DNA of 64,000 nucleotides from Octopus bimaculoides (lineage: Eukaryota): NCBI RefSeq assembly GCF_001194135.2, contig NC_068981.1, forward strand, positions 92,269,946-92,333,945. The letters are read 5' to 3'. Below, piece after piece: positions 50,401-64,000 of this stretch. Positions within the stretch are counted from its first letter, which is position 1; every line of letters starts with the position of its first letter. The notes under the pieces were generated by a model, which did no database searches, had not been told where the DNA came from, and worked only from the letters and a program-made list of their open reading frames with translations. The translations under genes were made by a program, and so were the position numbers.

Positions 50401-51715
50401 ATTTCTTTTCCTGAGAAGTATTGACACTACACTGTTCAAGGAGTTTATATCTTCAGATATTCTCCTTTTCCACCACGGTTTTTTTTATCTCCTATCCGTC
50501 GCAGTTCGATTCTCAGTAGTTCTCAGTCCCATCCTTTCCGCCACAATCCTACTAGCAGACTTGATAAGATTATTTGTTTGTGTGTTGTTCTTTGTTTCAC
50601 TGTGTCGCAGTACAATATTGACTTTATTCCTCTCTTGATTTAGTCTCTATTGGTTAGCCTTTTTAAAGTCGCACACAAATTCTGTCCATTCTGTATTTAA
50701 ATAGATCAAAAATCTTATCTGTTATTAATCGATCTTCATTATTTGAGTAGTCACTGATCTCGATTCTTTCACAATTCACGGTATTATATACTTGCGAACG
50801 ATTGTCCATGTTTTCCACTATACTACTTTCATTTCTCGCAGGTCCAACCTCACTCGATATCCTTCTTTTAATACCTTCTAGCTCCAATTCTGTTAACCAT
50901 CCATTCTTTCGTATTGCTCTTGCTTGGTCACATAAGTTCAGTAATTTCGAACAGTTCCACTGCCTTCCATTCCCTGTGCATTCGTTTTTTGTACCCTCTG
51001 ACAGGGACGCCAATCGCATCCACTGGGGTGCTCCGGTAGTAACACTCTATAACCACCATGTTACTTGTTTATTTCACCTATGTCTTGTAGCATGGCTGGC
51101 AGTGGGGCACCTGCCGGGTGAGGCATCTTCACAGTGGGTTCCAGACCCGTTCACACCGTTATCGTCATTTATTTTGCTTGGCATTTTCACTCACAAATGA
51201 TGTCTTTTTAGGTTACAACCGACCAATATTTTTATCGATACACCAACTCTATCAAGGTAGTCTACCAAAGCTGCAAGGTTGATGTTCCCTTGGTTTTGGA
51301 CTCAGAGTGTTCCTACTCCTAGGCTGCGTCCCGCACAAGGCTAATGAGTACAGCCTACCCGGAGCATTAGTTATTTGAAAGCGCCAGATACTCGCCTTTT
51401 CTGACATTTCTGTTGGTTTGGCAAAGGAGTCAACCAAGACTGCAGAGCTCTTACAACCCATAAGTTGGGCCTGTTCTCTTCGCATTTTTTGTGAGTTGGG
51501 GAATATGATCCTGATTCTCACTAGGAGATAGGTGTGCGTCAGTTGACCCCGTATCTTCATCCAAATATTGCTCCGGAGTTAAGTCCTGATTCGCAGTTCA
51601 TTCGTCTTCATCCCAGGCAAGGAGCCATTGGTCACTGACAGGTTGTCACTACTGTGACTGAGGAGTCCTATCAACCCCTTAGACAGACTGCCAACAAAGG
51701 CTCACGAGTTCTCCC
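47470..51715 (-). mobile_element. R4/Dong-clade non-LTR retrotransposon, decayed, REL end missing, interrupted by a Tx1 fragment
   Basis: [24 protein letters not shown] (50663-51019); NY*LITYLPATYKTLT; WIHYRKAFDSIPH; MDNIKLY..KFSFKNCAK; AVPVICYS; KMHGKY; 5' end abuts a (TAA)n tract. Confidence 0.8.
49150..50130 (+). mobile_element. Tx1-family RT fragment nested antisense in the Dong-like element
   Basis: VKVNNHLLQSFSITRTVREGHLLSLFLYVLTFESLLRKL followed by a decayed (Y)ADDIT; parallels 14560-14660. Confidence 0.8.
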
Positions 51716-51720
51716 TTCTT

Positions 51721-51751
51721 GTTATTTATTTATTTATTTATTATTATTATT

Positions 51752-51814
<63 letters not shown>
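51721..51814. repeat. (ATTT)/(ATT)n microsatellite
   Basis: direct reading. Confidence 0.95.
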
Positions 51815-51819
51815 GCACG

Positions 51820-51990
51820 CCGGACAAATTACTTCAGCGGCATTTCCTCTGCCTTTATATACTTATTTCAAATTCTGCCGAGGTCGAGTTTGTCTTTCAG
51901 CCGAGTTCAACAAGTCAAGTACTTGATGCACACTGGCATCGAGATAATCCCGTACTCCTTTCTCCCTCAATTCATGATTGTATCAATACC
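51820..51990 (+). mobile_element. SINE family C fragment
   Basis: ttcaaattctgccgaggtcgagtttgtctttca..aagtac..cactgg..cga; opposite-strand relative at 52660-52790. Confidence 0.7.
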
Positions 51991-52319
51991 TGAAAGGAAT
52001 TAAATTCTAATTATTCACTGTAATTGAAATATACGTAGCTTACAACTCGATCTGTCCAGCTAAATTTCTTACTACATGAGATAGAAATCTTGAAAATTTT
52101 TCGATATAAATAGGTTTATAAAATACCGAGAATATATATGGGAGATGAAAAACGGAAGCTTGTGTTTTTTCTAGTTTTAGACAAATCATATATTATCTTT
52201 CACAGCGTTTTCAAAAATATCTACACAAAGAAGATACTTCTCTCAAGAAAGCGAAAAGAACAGAATGGCGTGAACCATACCAAATGTCGCTATATGTCCT
52301 CCCTTTCTAAGTACATGTG

Positions 52320-52364
52320 TTACACAAACACGCGCACACACACGCAAACACGCACACGCACACG

Positions 52365-52403
<39 letters not shown>
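52320..52403. repeat. (CA)n/(CACG) microsatellite
   Basis: direct reading. Confidence 0.95.
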
Positions 52404-52659
52404 NNNNNNNNNNTTAATAATTTTGCTTATGGACCAACATTTTCATACCGCAATTCTTATCTTTTCCAGTTTGAAATTACGGATTTGATTTACGGCATAT
52501 ACGTGGAAAATAATTTCAGCTGTCTGCATAGAAATATATATCTTTCAATCAATAAACAGATATCTAAAGGTGGTAAAGAATTTTTCTTTTCTAATCCAGG
52601 TTTGCTGCAGGGTATCAGGAAGCTTAGTAAAATATATTAAAGTATTCATAATTCTTTCT

Positions 52660-52790
52660 CCTATAAGCACAAGGCCTGCAATTTGAGAGAGGGGATAGTC
52701 GATTTCATCGACCGTAGTGAGTAACAGGTACTTATTTCATCGACCCTGAAAGGATGAAAGGCAAAGTTGACCTCAGCGAAATATGCGTAT
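52660..52790 (-). mobile_element. SINE family C fragment
   Basis: gtcgatttcatcgacc..ggtactta..tcgaccctgaaaggatgaaaggcaaagttgacctcagcg. Confidence 0.75.
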
Positions 52791-54560
52791 TCATAATGCT
52801 GCATTTCAACATTTGCCATATTGCAAACAGTTGTTATAGTGCCAATTGTGACAATTCCTTTTGCAAGATAGTTCGGTTTCGACTCGAGAGAACCTTCGCA
52901 GATAAAGCGGAAAATTTGAGGTCCCCTGTTGGTTCGTGCATTTTTCTTTTAATTGCATTTTAATCAATTCCATGTGAGTTTTTGTAGGTTAAATGTAAAA
53001 TGTATGTGAAGCAACAATTATGTGTAATAAGTAATTATGTGATCTGCCAGCTAATAGACTGGTCTGATATTCTTGTGGGTGGGGGGAAGGTAAATGCAAC
53101 AATTGGTATACTACATAAATTCAAAGACAGAAATTCAGTGTAAGTTTCTGTATATTTACACGTTTCATCGATGTTTGAATATTATATGAATATTTGCTTG
53201 GAATATCTCGCGGTTATCAAGCTATACAATTTATTGATAGGGTTTCATATTTTCTAATTTCATTCATTAGACAGTCTGGAGTTAAAGATGTTTAAATATT
53301 TCCCTCACATTTTTGTCTGTCAGAAACAATTCTTAAACTTCCACATATCTTGACAAAGTAAGATCAATCAGTAAAGAGCTCTGCTCTGCACTGCAGAGAG
53401 TAAATGTGAATTTTTTTTTTTTTTTGTGATCTGAAGTATGATATTAAGCAGATTTATGGTAGCTGGTTCAAAATTCTCGAACTCGTCCCTTCTTTTGTTT
53501 AATTAAGAATATTGTTTATTCTCGGCATAAAATATTAATACCAATATTCCTTCATACTCCCAGACATAAAGGGGTGTTACGGTAAAATTAGATTGATTAG
53601 ATATAATAAATGAAAGGATGGTTTTTATATCTTGGCGATTGCGTACAGTATTCTAATATTCACATGAATATAATGATTAATTTTGGTTCGGTTTAGTATA
53701 GACGTCATCTCTAGAATTTGCCCCGAAATGACATAGCATAGAATAGAATAATTATCATTGATATAAATAAGAATTTTCTGAAGAATTATCAAGCAGAAGC
53801 CATATAACTTCAGTATTCAGAATTTTCATAGTTATAAAATATTCTCACATAAAGAGCATTACGTACAATTTAACACATTTTTAGACAAACACTTATTACA
53901 ATATTGATTGATGCAAGTCTATGAACTAACGTATGGAAATCAATACATATAGAAAATAGTTGAATATTAAAGTAATCAGAACCGCATTGTGCTTTGTTGA
54001 AATAAAGACACACTGATTTTGTATCTTGGGAAATGTCACCAAACTTCAATATTTTTATTTACACTGCTTTAAATCTATTAAACAGTACGCGGCTATTAAC
54101 AAATATTTGAAAATTGCAATTAATACTTTCTTTTTATTCTTTTAATCAAAACTGTGTAACCACAACAAAAAAAATATTGAATGTATCTTCATAGTCACGT
54201 TAATTTCACAATTGAAATTAATCATTAGATGCAATTGTTAACTATAAAATGTATAAACATCAAACACTGGTGCCGTACGTTGCAGCAGATTTTATGTTCA
54301 AAGAAGCCACATAATATCACCAGGGGAAATCGTACAGCAAGTACTCAGAAAGCCGCTCTAATAAACGATTGAGCCACATTTATCGTCTGATTTAACAGCA
54401 TTTCAATGTTTCAGCTGTACTGAGAGTTTTATTTCATTGCCCATTTATATTGGTTGAAAGAAGTTCATTAAAAATGTATTGTTTAGCAACATGTAAAGAT
54501 AAAATTCTTAGTTTGAAACATGTTATTATGATTCTAAATTTATTCGCAGATTATTAATCA

Positions 54561-54610
54561 AAATAACAATAACAACAACAACAATAATAACAATAATGAT
54601 AATAATAATG

Positions 54611-54642
<32 letters not shown>
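54561..54642. repeat. (AAC)/(AAT)n microsatellite
   Basis: direct reading. Confidence 0.95.
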
Positions 54643-55539
54643 TCCCTTCAGTACAGCTCATTAACTAAAATTACCTGTGGTGTTACTGTTCCATATATAT
54701 AAGTCAATGAAATTTTAACTCATGCTGTTCTTATTCTCCCACGACTTACTAAACACATACACACATAAGCATATATTTGTATGTGTATGTATGTAAATAT
54801 ACAAAAACAAAATCCGTAGATCACATTCCCCGCTATTAAAATTCCTTACGTAATGTTCTATTTTAAAACTGTCTATCCTTTACGGTTTGAAGCTCGCTCA
54901 GTCAGTTTTCTTTTTGAGCTTGTCATAGATATAACATTTAATTTCAGTTCATGGTTTGTCTTGTTTTTCCACATATATTTTCCTAAGTTTAGAAGGATCA
55001 TATTCTCTTCCTATTACTTTCACACATGTCTTGTCTTAGCTCCGCTGTATAACCGAAAGTCCTTGTATACATTTAAAATTTGGCTTCTTTATAATATCTT
55101 CATGTTTTCTTTGCTGTTCTTGTTTTTTTTTCTGCTTTACCTTCTTTCCCGTTTCCCTCATAACTCATTCTCTTTACCTTTCGGTCTGATGACCCCATAA
55201 TTTTGTTGTTTTCTGTTTACTTTACCCTTTCTTCCCTTCATGCTCGTTCATGTATACCTCAGCAGTATTTCGCTTTTCATGCAGCCCAATTACCTATTTT
55301 CAAATTTCATCTATACGCGTACACGCAAACGCATAATCTTTACTATATACCCGACTTTTAGACACATTCATACCGGTAACCACCTTACTAGCCTATCCTT
55401 CACAGGTCTATCCCCAGACGTGCCACTACGTAGATTTATACATAAAACTATCTTCCGCATACACACCCAAACACTCAAACGAAAATATACAATATAACAC
55501 AGTAAGTGAAACATATCCCCTTACATTTAACATCTTTTC

Positions 55540-56000
55540 GGTGTTGCATTCGAGCCATTCATTTCTGTACTTCCTACTTGCAGCTTCCTACTTGTGCTTG
55601 ATCTCTGTGTATGCTTGAGCCAGCTTGTATCCACACACCGCATCCATGGTATTTCTGCAGCTGATTCCTACTTAACATGCAACTTGTCTTATTTTTACAT
55701 CTTAAATATTTTCACTCTTTTCTGGTCATTGTTTTCCAAAACGTCTTTCTCAACTTGATTTTATTTATGTAATTGATAAGAATAAATAGCTTCTGTCATC
55801 TTGATCTTTTCACTTGATGTGATTCAGGAAAACCTTTATTCTCAAAAATATGCACACCCTCTAACATCCATACAGTCACAAACACCAGCATCTTCTAATG
55901 CACTTCCTCCCTTCTACATGCTTGCTCGCTCTTACTATCTGTCTTCTGCTTTTCTTTATTTTTCTTTGTTTCTCTTGAAGGAATGACGTTCGTTTTGAAC
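55540..56000 (-). mobile_element. probable RTE LINE remnant
   Basis: decayed 'LE..EM..LR.MCG' like segments (..ALEDAGV.., ..AVCGYKL..). Confidence 0.35.
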
Positions 56001-59000
56001 CGCCCATATCTGCTTCTTAATTTTTAAACACATTAATCAAAATACGTTTTTGTTATATACTTTACAATGTTCTTTTCTTTTTCAAAATTTATCTATATAT
56101 GTATGCATGAATATATGTGTGTGTGTGCGTATGTATGCATATAAATGTATATTTGTGCATACATACATGCATATAGACAGATATATAAATCTGTTTGTGT
56201 GTATGTATGTGTATGTGTATGCGCACGTGTATGTATATACATTATGTGAAAATGTTAGAGAAGGCATTTAAAAGATAGAGGGGGAGACGTATGTATAACT
56301 GGAATAAATAAAATGAAGTAACACTTACCTTGAATGCATAAATACTATAAGCCTTTCAATCCCACACAACGTCTGGGTCACTTGCTCCAGCTTAGTCAAC
56401 ATGGTGCCTAATGTCACACGGAACAATAGCCGCAAACACATTCGAGTAAAGTCTTCAAAACAGACACTAAATTGTAACTTCCAAAATCCTATCAACTTCT
56501 CACGGAGAGGATCGTACTTCTCGAGGCCTGACATCTATGGATCTCACGCGATTCAATGGCATTATAAGGCACTGCAGAGGAATGACAGCCGAAGTCTTCA
56601 AGAGAATGTAAATACGGTTTGGTGGATTTCGCCGTATAATATGGAGAAGCCATGACCAACGAAACTATACACCCAGCACGGAATGGAGTAATTAATCTGT
56701 GCTCACGTGGAACTCCCAATTGCTGACACGCCTTCCGCCCATACATAAATAACATTTACACATGCGGTATCTGTAAATTTCTAAATATTTCTGTCTATTA
56801 CTGACACGCGCTGTTTGCTTTTTCTCAGCTCCATTATTACTCCGTGTGTCTTCGTTTTCCCTCTGTCAAGCGTGGGTCAAGCATGGTACAACAACAGAGA
56901 ATCATGCGTTCACCGTAAGTCCTTATCTTACAAGTATTTGCATTTAAGGAATGATGGATAGAACATATTTTGTATAAATATCAAGTGGAATATATACAGA
57001 CAATCGACATTATAGACGACTGTTTAATATATTGCATTGTTTTCTAAACTACACAACTTAAAATAATATGTACATTGATGGGATCGTTCAAGAACAGGGA
57101 AAGCTTTTAATGATAGGCTGTATTTTTAGTGGGGTTAAAGAATTGGCGTGTGTTGCATCAATTACTAAAATTTCTATGAAAAAATACTGGAGAAAATATA
57201 ATGCATTACATCCAAATTTATGCCCAAGATTGTAACTGACATTTAAGACTTCAGCACGTAAAGAAGATGCTTCTTGTAATAGGTTTAATTCTAATGTCTC
57301 TATTTCATTTCTATTTATTTTATTTACAGTAATTTCAACATGATGTATCGTTCGTGTCAAATTCCTGTCATTGTTCTCGTAATAATTATTGTCATATTTG
57401 AGATGAAATTTGATATAGATGTATATATTTTTTATTCCTGATTATATTTTGGTGTTTACATATTTTCCTTTATAATATATTTTTCTACATTTTACAAGAT
57501 TTAATCTTCTATTATGTCGATAAGTTTTCGTTTCTAAGAGCGGCATTTCAAAAATGCCTTACTACTTGCTGTCATGTTTCCATCAAGTCATGCTTTAGCG
57601 TATGTCTATATTTACAAGGAAGTTTTTTAAAAGATCATTAAAGCAGTGAAAAATATAATTAAAATTGAAATTTCTGAAATTAAAAGCAATATATGAAAAT
57701 GAAAAGAAAATGCTCAAGCGCAAAAATAAATAATTCCTAAGTAAATCATCAACAGGAACTGTCACAACAGATAGACAATATTTAATTTTCGCAAGTATAT
57801 GGAGTTTCAAGTTTCAGCTTCAACTTTTTTAAACGCATTTAACTCTGTTGGTTCATTTGTAAGTAAACAAACGTTAGAGCTAAAATGTTTTGCAAATAGA
57901 ACTGCTATTTTAAAAATATCAACGTCATTTCCGAAAAGTTAAACAATATTAAGTTCAGATAGCATACTGATTATCCATAAAAGTTAGTTTAAAACAGTAG
58001 CAAGAGCTATTTGAATAGAGAATCTAATTTAAAAGTGTATTGATATTGGTTATGAAATATCTCGTGCAATTATCTAGTTTTTGTATTTCAAGTGTTGCTA
58101 TTTATTATTAACCATTTGATAGATTTAATATATGAAATAGGAAAAGCATGGGAATTGCTATCACATATTCCAAAGCAGAATTAATGATTTCTGAATAATG
58201 GCGTTGCAAATATATGCGAAAAAATATATTATTCTGTTATTATTTATTACCCTCACGTATGTGATGTAACATAAAAAAGGACCGAGCTAACAGGAAAGTT
58301 TCGACGTATATGCTTGAACTCCTACAAATATCAGCTTGTATCTTCTTCAAATTACACCATACCATCCTTTACTTCTTGTAATTGTTTGGTTAGCGGAAGC
58401 ATGGGAGTTCCCCTTAACATTTTTAGAACCCCCAAGACTGCAGAAGAACAACGGCAACTATAATCATAAGGCCCAATAAAGGGAGGGAAAATTTCGATAG
58501 AGTTATTCACTGAATAGACCCAATTTAGAAGAGTATTTTGTCATGGCTGGAGTGTATTTTATCATAAATCAGCATCATAATATATTAGTTTTGTGCAAAC
58601 AACGAAAAACTAATATATTATGATGCTTGCGTTTCTTGGTCAGAAATGGTAATCGAATTCAACTTATCAGACATTTTATTTTTTTAATACGGCATTCTGT
58701 ATCGTGGCAACAAACCAATATCCTGGGAAATTGTTTACTGCTATCACATATATTTCATAGCAAATTTTATTTTTTATTACACGATTCCTCTAACCATCTT
58801 TTCCTAACTGCATGTCTGATCACGTTTCAATTAATTGTCAGTCATGCAATGATGAATCTGATATTTGTCAGCAATCAAAATTCAGTTTGTAATATTTCGC
58901 CTTAACATTGTCTGGTAATCGTTAAACTATAACACATCACAACATAATCGGTTATTTCGTACATCGTGGATTTATTAACATAAATAGTAAGTTTTCTGGA

Positions 59001-61434
59001 ATTTATTCACGTTCGCTTCAAACTTGTTCATCCGTAATGATTTGGAAATATACCTGAAAGTTACAGTACTCAGAGATTTCATTATTTATATCAATTTTGT
59101 GTCAAAATTCATATATGAGCGATAATTAAGAGTTCTATACGAAACTGAAATTTCGGCCATTGTTTTGGAAATATTATATATCATCAGAAATCTGTGGTTG
59201 GTAGCTTCAATATTTGCATGGACATTGTTTCAGTGAAGCTTCATGTTTAAGGACATCTTTGACGTCTAAATTAATGAAGGCAGAATTTTAGTCAGCATGC
59301 AGAAATAATCTAGGTGCAGCCCGTTGAAGAATCATCAATGCAGAAGTATCAGTACAAACCCCCGGAGTGAGGTAACTATGAATTTATGATTCCGTAAGTG
59401 TTCACCAGGAAAGGTATTTGTTCTGATGCTATGAACCACACAGTTTATTTTACTGAATTTCTGAAGATTAAGAATCATTATCTCGACAGAAAGAATTATA
59501 ATTCAAACCATGAAAGACGGAATGTGCGGCGAAGGGAAATTAAGTATTTAAAATATTTTTCCATCGCATAAAACGATCGCATTTGCAAGGATACGTTGGT
59601 AATCGCCCAAGTCAGAAATGCACTTGTTTCAAAAGGTAACGATGGGTATTTCGAATGATTATTATCCACTCTGTAATGAGAAAGGAATTTTCAAGTTTCG
59701 GAAAGTAATCGGTTAAGGTCATGGAAGAAGTATTGTAACGATTTGCTACATCGTTACATATATGTCTGCTTAGTTGATTTCTGTGTGATTGTGGTGTTGG
59801 GAAAATCTGAATTGAAATCGAGAGTGTGGTATTGAGATAAGAAGGCGTAGTATGGGGGAACTTTCAGCAAGAAGACTTTTCATCAGTGACGTGTCACTCT
59901 TAATTCCCAAGTCGTTTTTAATCAAAACTATGGATTTAGCATTTTCTTATTTAATGTAATTATTTATCACAAAAGACTCTGAATTCAGGACAACTTTATT
60001 GCAATTCTTAACTAATAAAACAACCATGTAGAAACAGTCATAAAATTGGGGCAAGTATGAAGTTAATCATTTTGATTGATGCAATTGGTGAAATGATGCT
60101 ATTTGTTTCTGTGTACTTCTCGTAGCTAGCTTCTCGTTATTCAATGTTATCTACTTTATTACCAATATTTGCACTTATCTGTTTCATAGTTTTTAAATGC
60201 ACTACTTGGATATGTACAGTAAACTTCTAATATTTGCAGGAATAAAATAACTTTCAAAAGTCTGAAAACATTACGTTAAAACGAGTTTTGGTTTGAGAAG
60301 TGTTATATACCAGGCAAAGTGCTTTCAAATTAGTAACCATAAAATCTTATGCGTTCCACTTTATTATATCGATATCATCAAATCATTCTCATATACCACG
60401 TATACATGCAATGAATACAAAATTATGTGTTGCATCCCGACATGAATGATGAATCTGGGAACAGATAAGTCAAGAAATTAAAAATACAGTGTGGTTATTT
60501 CACTTAATTCTATAACAAATATACTGAAGGGCCAACATGGCAGCCAATGCGTGGGCACAAAACTTGCTCTAAAATAGCCGAATACTGTTTTGTGAAAAAT
60601 GTCCATCAGAAAATAAAGTCCCTCTTAATTTAAAAGAATGGACTTTCACAGATGGACTTATAATAATTCGGCTGCATAAAGTTTGAAAAACATCTACAGT
60701 CAATACAATGTATTCTAACAGTTTCTCATCGAATGGTGCTGAAGTAACATCAGCACGTGGAATATTTTATCATTGGTCGTAGGATTATCCAATTTGTTGG
60801 GCAACTAAAATCTATAATGATATTGTCTATTTACTGCATTAAGATATGATGATTCGTTCTGAAGATAATTGAAAACCAAGTTTCGTGACTACTCAATCAA
60901 TCAATAATTACTAGAAAGTGCAACTTGAATTCATCATTTCCACATAAGGAATATAATTATGCACATTTACTCCTAGTGGTAGAAAAGTGGGAAGGATTTC
61001 AATATTCCTTTAGATTGTCTGTTTCCACTTTCTGAAACGAATCAGAATTTTGAAAACTAGTAGAAAGAACTCTTACATCTAATTTTCTTATTTAGTTATT
61101 CCCTCTTTTCCTAGTCGCATTAATTTTAATTATCATAAAAGTATTGACAGACACTGTCAAGCTTGGTGCCATGGAGTCCATCACTTTGAATATCCAATTA
61201 AAGCAGATCTAATGATGCTGTCCTGAAGTGAAATGATGATATATGAATCTTGATTATCTGTTTAAACTTTAAACGAGTGTTTCAAGCAAATGCTGTTTTG
61301 CATCGCGCGTTTACTTGAAACCACGTCTGAATCCATTAATGTACGTTTACATTCAACAGAAAAGAATATAAAATGCATAATCATTAAATGTAATGAAAAA
61401 TAACTAATAATCACATAATAATGAAGAATGTAAC

Positions 61435-61790
61435 GTGATGATGATGACGACGATGTTAGTGGTGGCTGCGATGTTGGCGTTGGTGATAGTGTCCAAGGCG
61501 GTGTCGACGATAGTGGTAATGCCGATTCGTCATTGTTTCAAATTCTGGCTTTAACAATGGTTATGCTGAAGGTAGCGGTTATTTGGAATAATGGTCTTGG
61601 CAGTCATAACGTGGTGCTGGATTTTGATAATCGTGATATTAGAAGTGATGAAGTTGAAGTTGATATTGTTGTTCTTGCTGTTGATAGTGATGATGAAGAT
61701 GATAATCATCATTATCATCATCTTCATCGGTGTAGTCATTACAATTATGATCCTGATAATGAAATTGATAGGGGCAACAAAAGTGACGGT
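61435..61790. repeat. degenerate (GAT/GGT/CAT) trinucleotide low-complexity tract
   Basis: direct reading; it explains the overlapping spurious ORFs. Confidence 0.8.
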
Positions 61791-63489
61791 AAGTCGTAGG
61801 ATAACACGTTTTTGCAATAGACGCTTATAGAAGCTAAAGTGCATAAAATGGTATATTCTTTTCCATCGTATTCAAGTTATCATCGTTTGCGAATTGCCGT
61901 TTTGAAGCACGAAAATATTCAATCAAATCCTGCAAATATTAACAACACATCAACTTGAAATACATCTTAGAAGTTAAATGTTTAGACAATATCGAATTCC
62001 TTCCTTTTAAACTTCTGTATTTTTTAAAGTACAAATTCAATAAGAAATAAAACTTCCTGCACTTCAATTTCTTTCTTAATTTCATTTTATAAAATAGTTG
62101 CATCTCCTTTATAGTTGGGATATTACATTATTTTGTTAATAGAATATTCAGGATCGAAATATAGTTTAATTTTATATATGTGGTTTCTAAAAATGCATTT
62201 ATTGAATATATTATTTTTATATTAAATTACAAATATTATTTGACAAGGAGCATTGGCTTATAGAATAATGGACACAAAATATCTTGTTTGCTTGTTACAA
62301 AAGCATTATAATTCATTGATGTAAATATAATAAATTTAAGTTGAGATTAACGTGTAAAATTTCGAATAACACGATAGATAAGTGGCTAAATTTTTCGATA
62401 GTAATATACTAGAGAGTCTTTGGTGATGTGCCATATTTCTTAAATCTTTACAAGTGAGAAACAATTTCGATGTAACATATAAAACATTAGTTTCTAGGTT
62501 GATAAAATCGTTTTAGTTGGAGTTGGGGACCATATGGTTTTGTGCAAATGTTCTGATCCTTTAACATCTGAGGTAAAACTCCACTTTGTCCAGCTTTGCA
62601 ATTCATCTTTACGTGGTAGATAGTATCATTCACATTCTAAAACCTATGTAACTCTCCTTAAATCTTTCGCATGCTGCCTAAATTTGAAACAATTAAAATA
62701 TACACTCGGGTATATCACATTATGTTTGAGCTAATTTTATTGAAAGAATATTTTGATAACGATACATATTTTATGTTCAGAAAACTAAAGCATGATTGAT
62801 TTGTTTCAATATTGTTCTGTTATCAGATATACTAATGGTATATGTCTGTTTTATTATTTGTAATTGATATTAGGAAAAGAGCTTCTGAAATTTTCCTGAG
62901 GAATTAGAAATAAAGCACCACAAGTATTCCACTTTCTTCCATTTTGCATTAATCATATGTGAGTACTCATCTATTGAGATATCGATAGTCATCTGAAGAC
63001 TAAGAAAATTCTTATTTCTGAGAATACACAGTAAAATACATTGACATTGTAAAAATGCAATTGCAAGGGGCACACACATGCATACACGCACAAACATACA
63101 CATACATTAAGCGCAGTTAATGCACATTAATATATGCTGAAAACACAAAACGAAAAATGTTATCTTAATTTTGTAAACTATTCAGTAATTTATTTTTCTG
63201 ATAAATACTGAGAAAAAAATATAGCTGCAACAAACACAGGCTGGACATTCTGTATATATAAACCGTTCCTACATCACATTACAACATTCGTTCCACAATT
63301 CTCTATGAAATTTCATTACTATAATGTATATGTTAATATTCCGAATGTTGACCAAGTATAATATTCATTATTGCATCATCTATTCTGGAATACGACTCAG
63401 TATGCAGAAAAAAGAAGCAAACATATTCTGTCTTCACTCCTGTTTATGCCTATTGTTATTGTATGTGTATATAGTAGAAAGAATTATTG

Positions 63490-63620
63490 TATGCGTTTGG
63501 ACATATTAATTTTCGTGTGTGTCAGTGTGTGAGCGTCCGTGTGTGTGTGTATACGTGCGTGCGTGCGAGTGTGTGTGAGTGTATGTATGTGTGTGTGTTT
63601 GCGGGAGTGTATTTGTGTGA
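63490..63620. repeat. degenerate (TG)n microsatellite
   Basis: direct reading. Confidence 0.9.
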
Positions 63621-64000
63621 TATTTTCCGTCTTATCTGTGCTCAGATATATTTTTAAATGAGTAATGTACGCATTTTCTTTAGATGGTTGCAGCATCGAA
63701 ATATTTTAATCATTATTCGTGTGAAAAAGTGTAATACAGTGTCAGAAATGGAATAAGACTTACTTCAACACATTACTCATTCAATCGATTATCACAAATA
63801 TTTCTTTTACAAGCCAAAATTGGAGATATTCGTAACCCAAGGGTTATGTTCACTATGAATATACAAAAGATTACATTTTTAATTAATATAGGGAAGCGAA
63901 TACATAGACGAATACGCAGACCGAATAATCAACCATACACAAGCATAGACACATGTATATACACACATATATAAATGTATATATGCTTTAAAGTGTGAAC

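Noticed and set aside
55186-55200. gtCTGATGAcccc hammerhead half-core
   Set aside because: No matching helix II strand or GAAA downstream
59369-59380. ggtaactatga match to the 28S upstream target
   Set aside because: About 11 nt only, expected by chance, with no flanking rDNA similarity
61533-61844. Overlapping D/H-rich and hydrophobic ORFs
   Set aside because: Produced by a degenerate trinucleotide tract; no ATG-supported complex sequence
44000-64000. Third member of the KRSVLN family
   Set aside because: Scanning by eye and the ORF track showed no matching module or TM-tail; a decayed copy could be missed without tblastn

Overview
AT-rich animal genomic DNA with assembly gaps, dense in microsatellites and transposons. 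The SINE families and (CA)n/(TA)n load suggest an octopus (inference). I can support only two host protein-coding genes. They are single-ORF paralogues lying head-to-head about 24 kb apart (11592-12077 minus; 36135-36938 plus). Both are predicted type-I membrane proteins with a signal-like N-terminus, a shared I.KR|SVLN...V.N.P.IE.VS.N...M module after a dibasic site, an S/T-rich stalk, one TM helix and a short NP..RT..I.L tail. I do not recognise the family. The rest is mostly decayed mobile DNA: a pogo/Tigger transposon, a hAT MITE, a mariner fragment, a Tx1/L1-clade LINE with derivatives, R2, R4/Dong, CR1 and RTE remnants, Penelope-like pieces, a Helitron cluster and three SINE families. 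Best non-coding signals: (1) an apparently intact type-I hammerhead ribozyme with a long structured helix II (17181-17309) plus three decayed relatives; (2) a 5'-truncated R2 still joined at the canonical junction to about 63 nt of decayed 28S rDNA, outside any rDNA array (7779-9230). All family calls come from remembered motifs; no searches were run.
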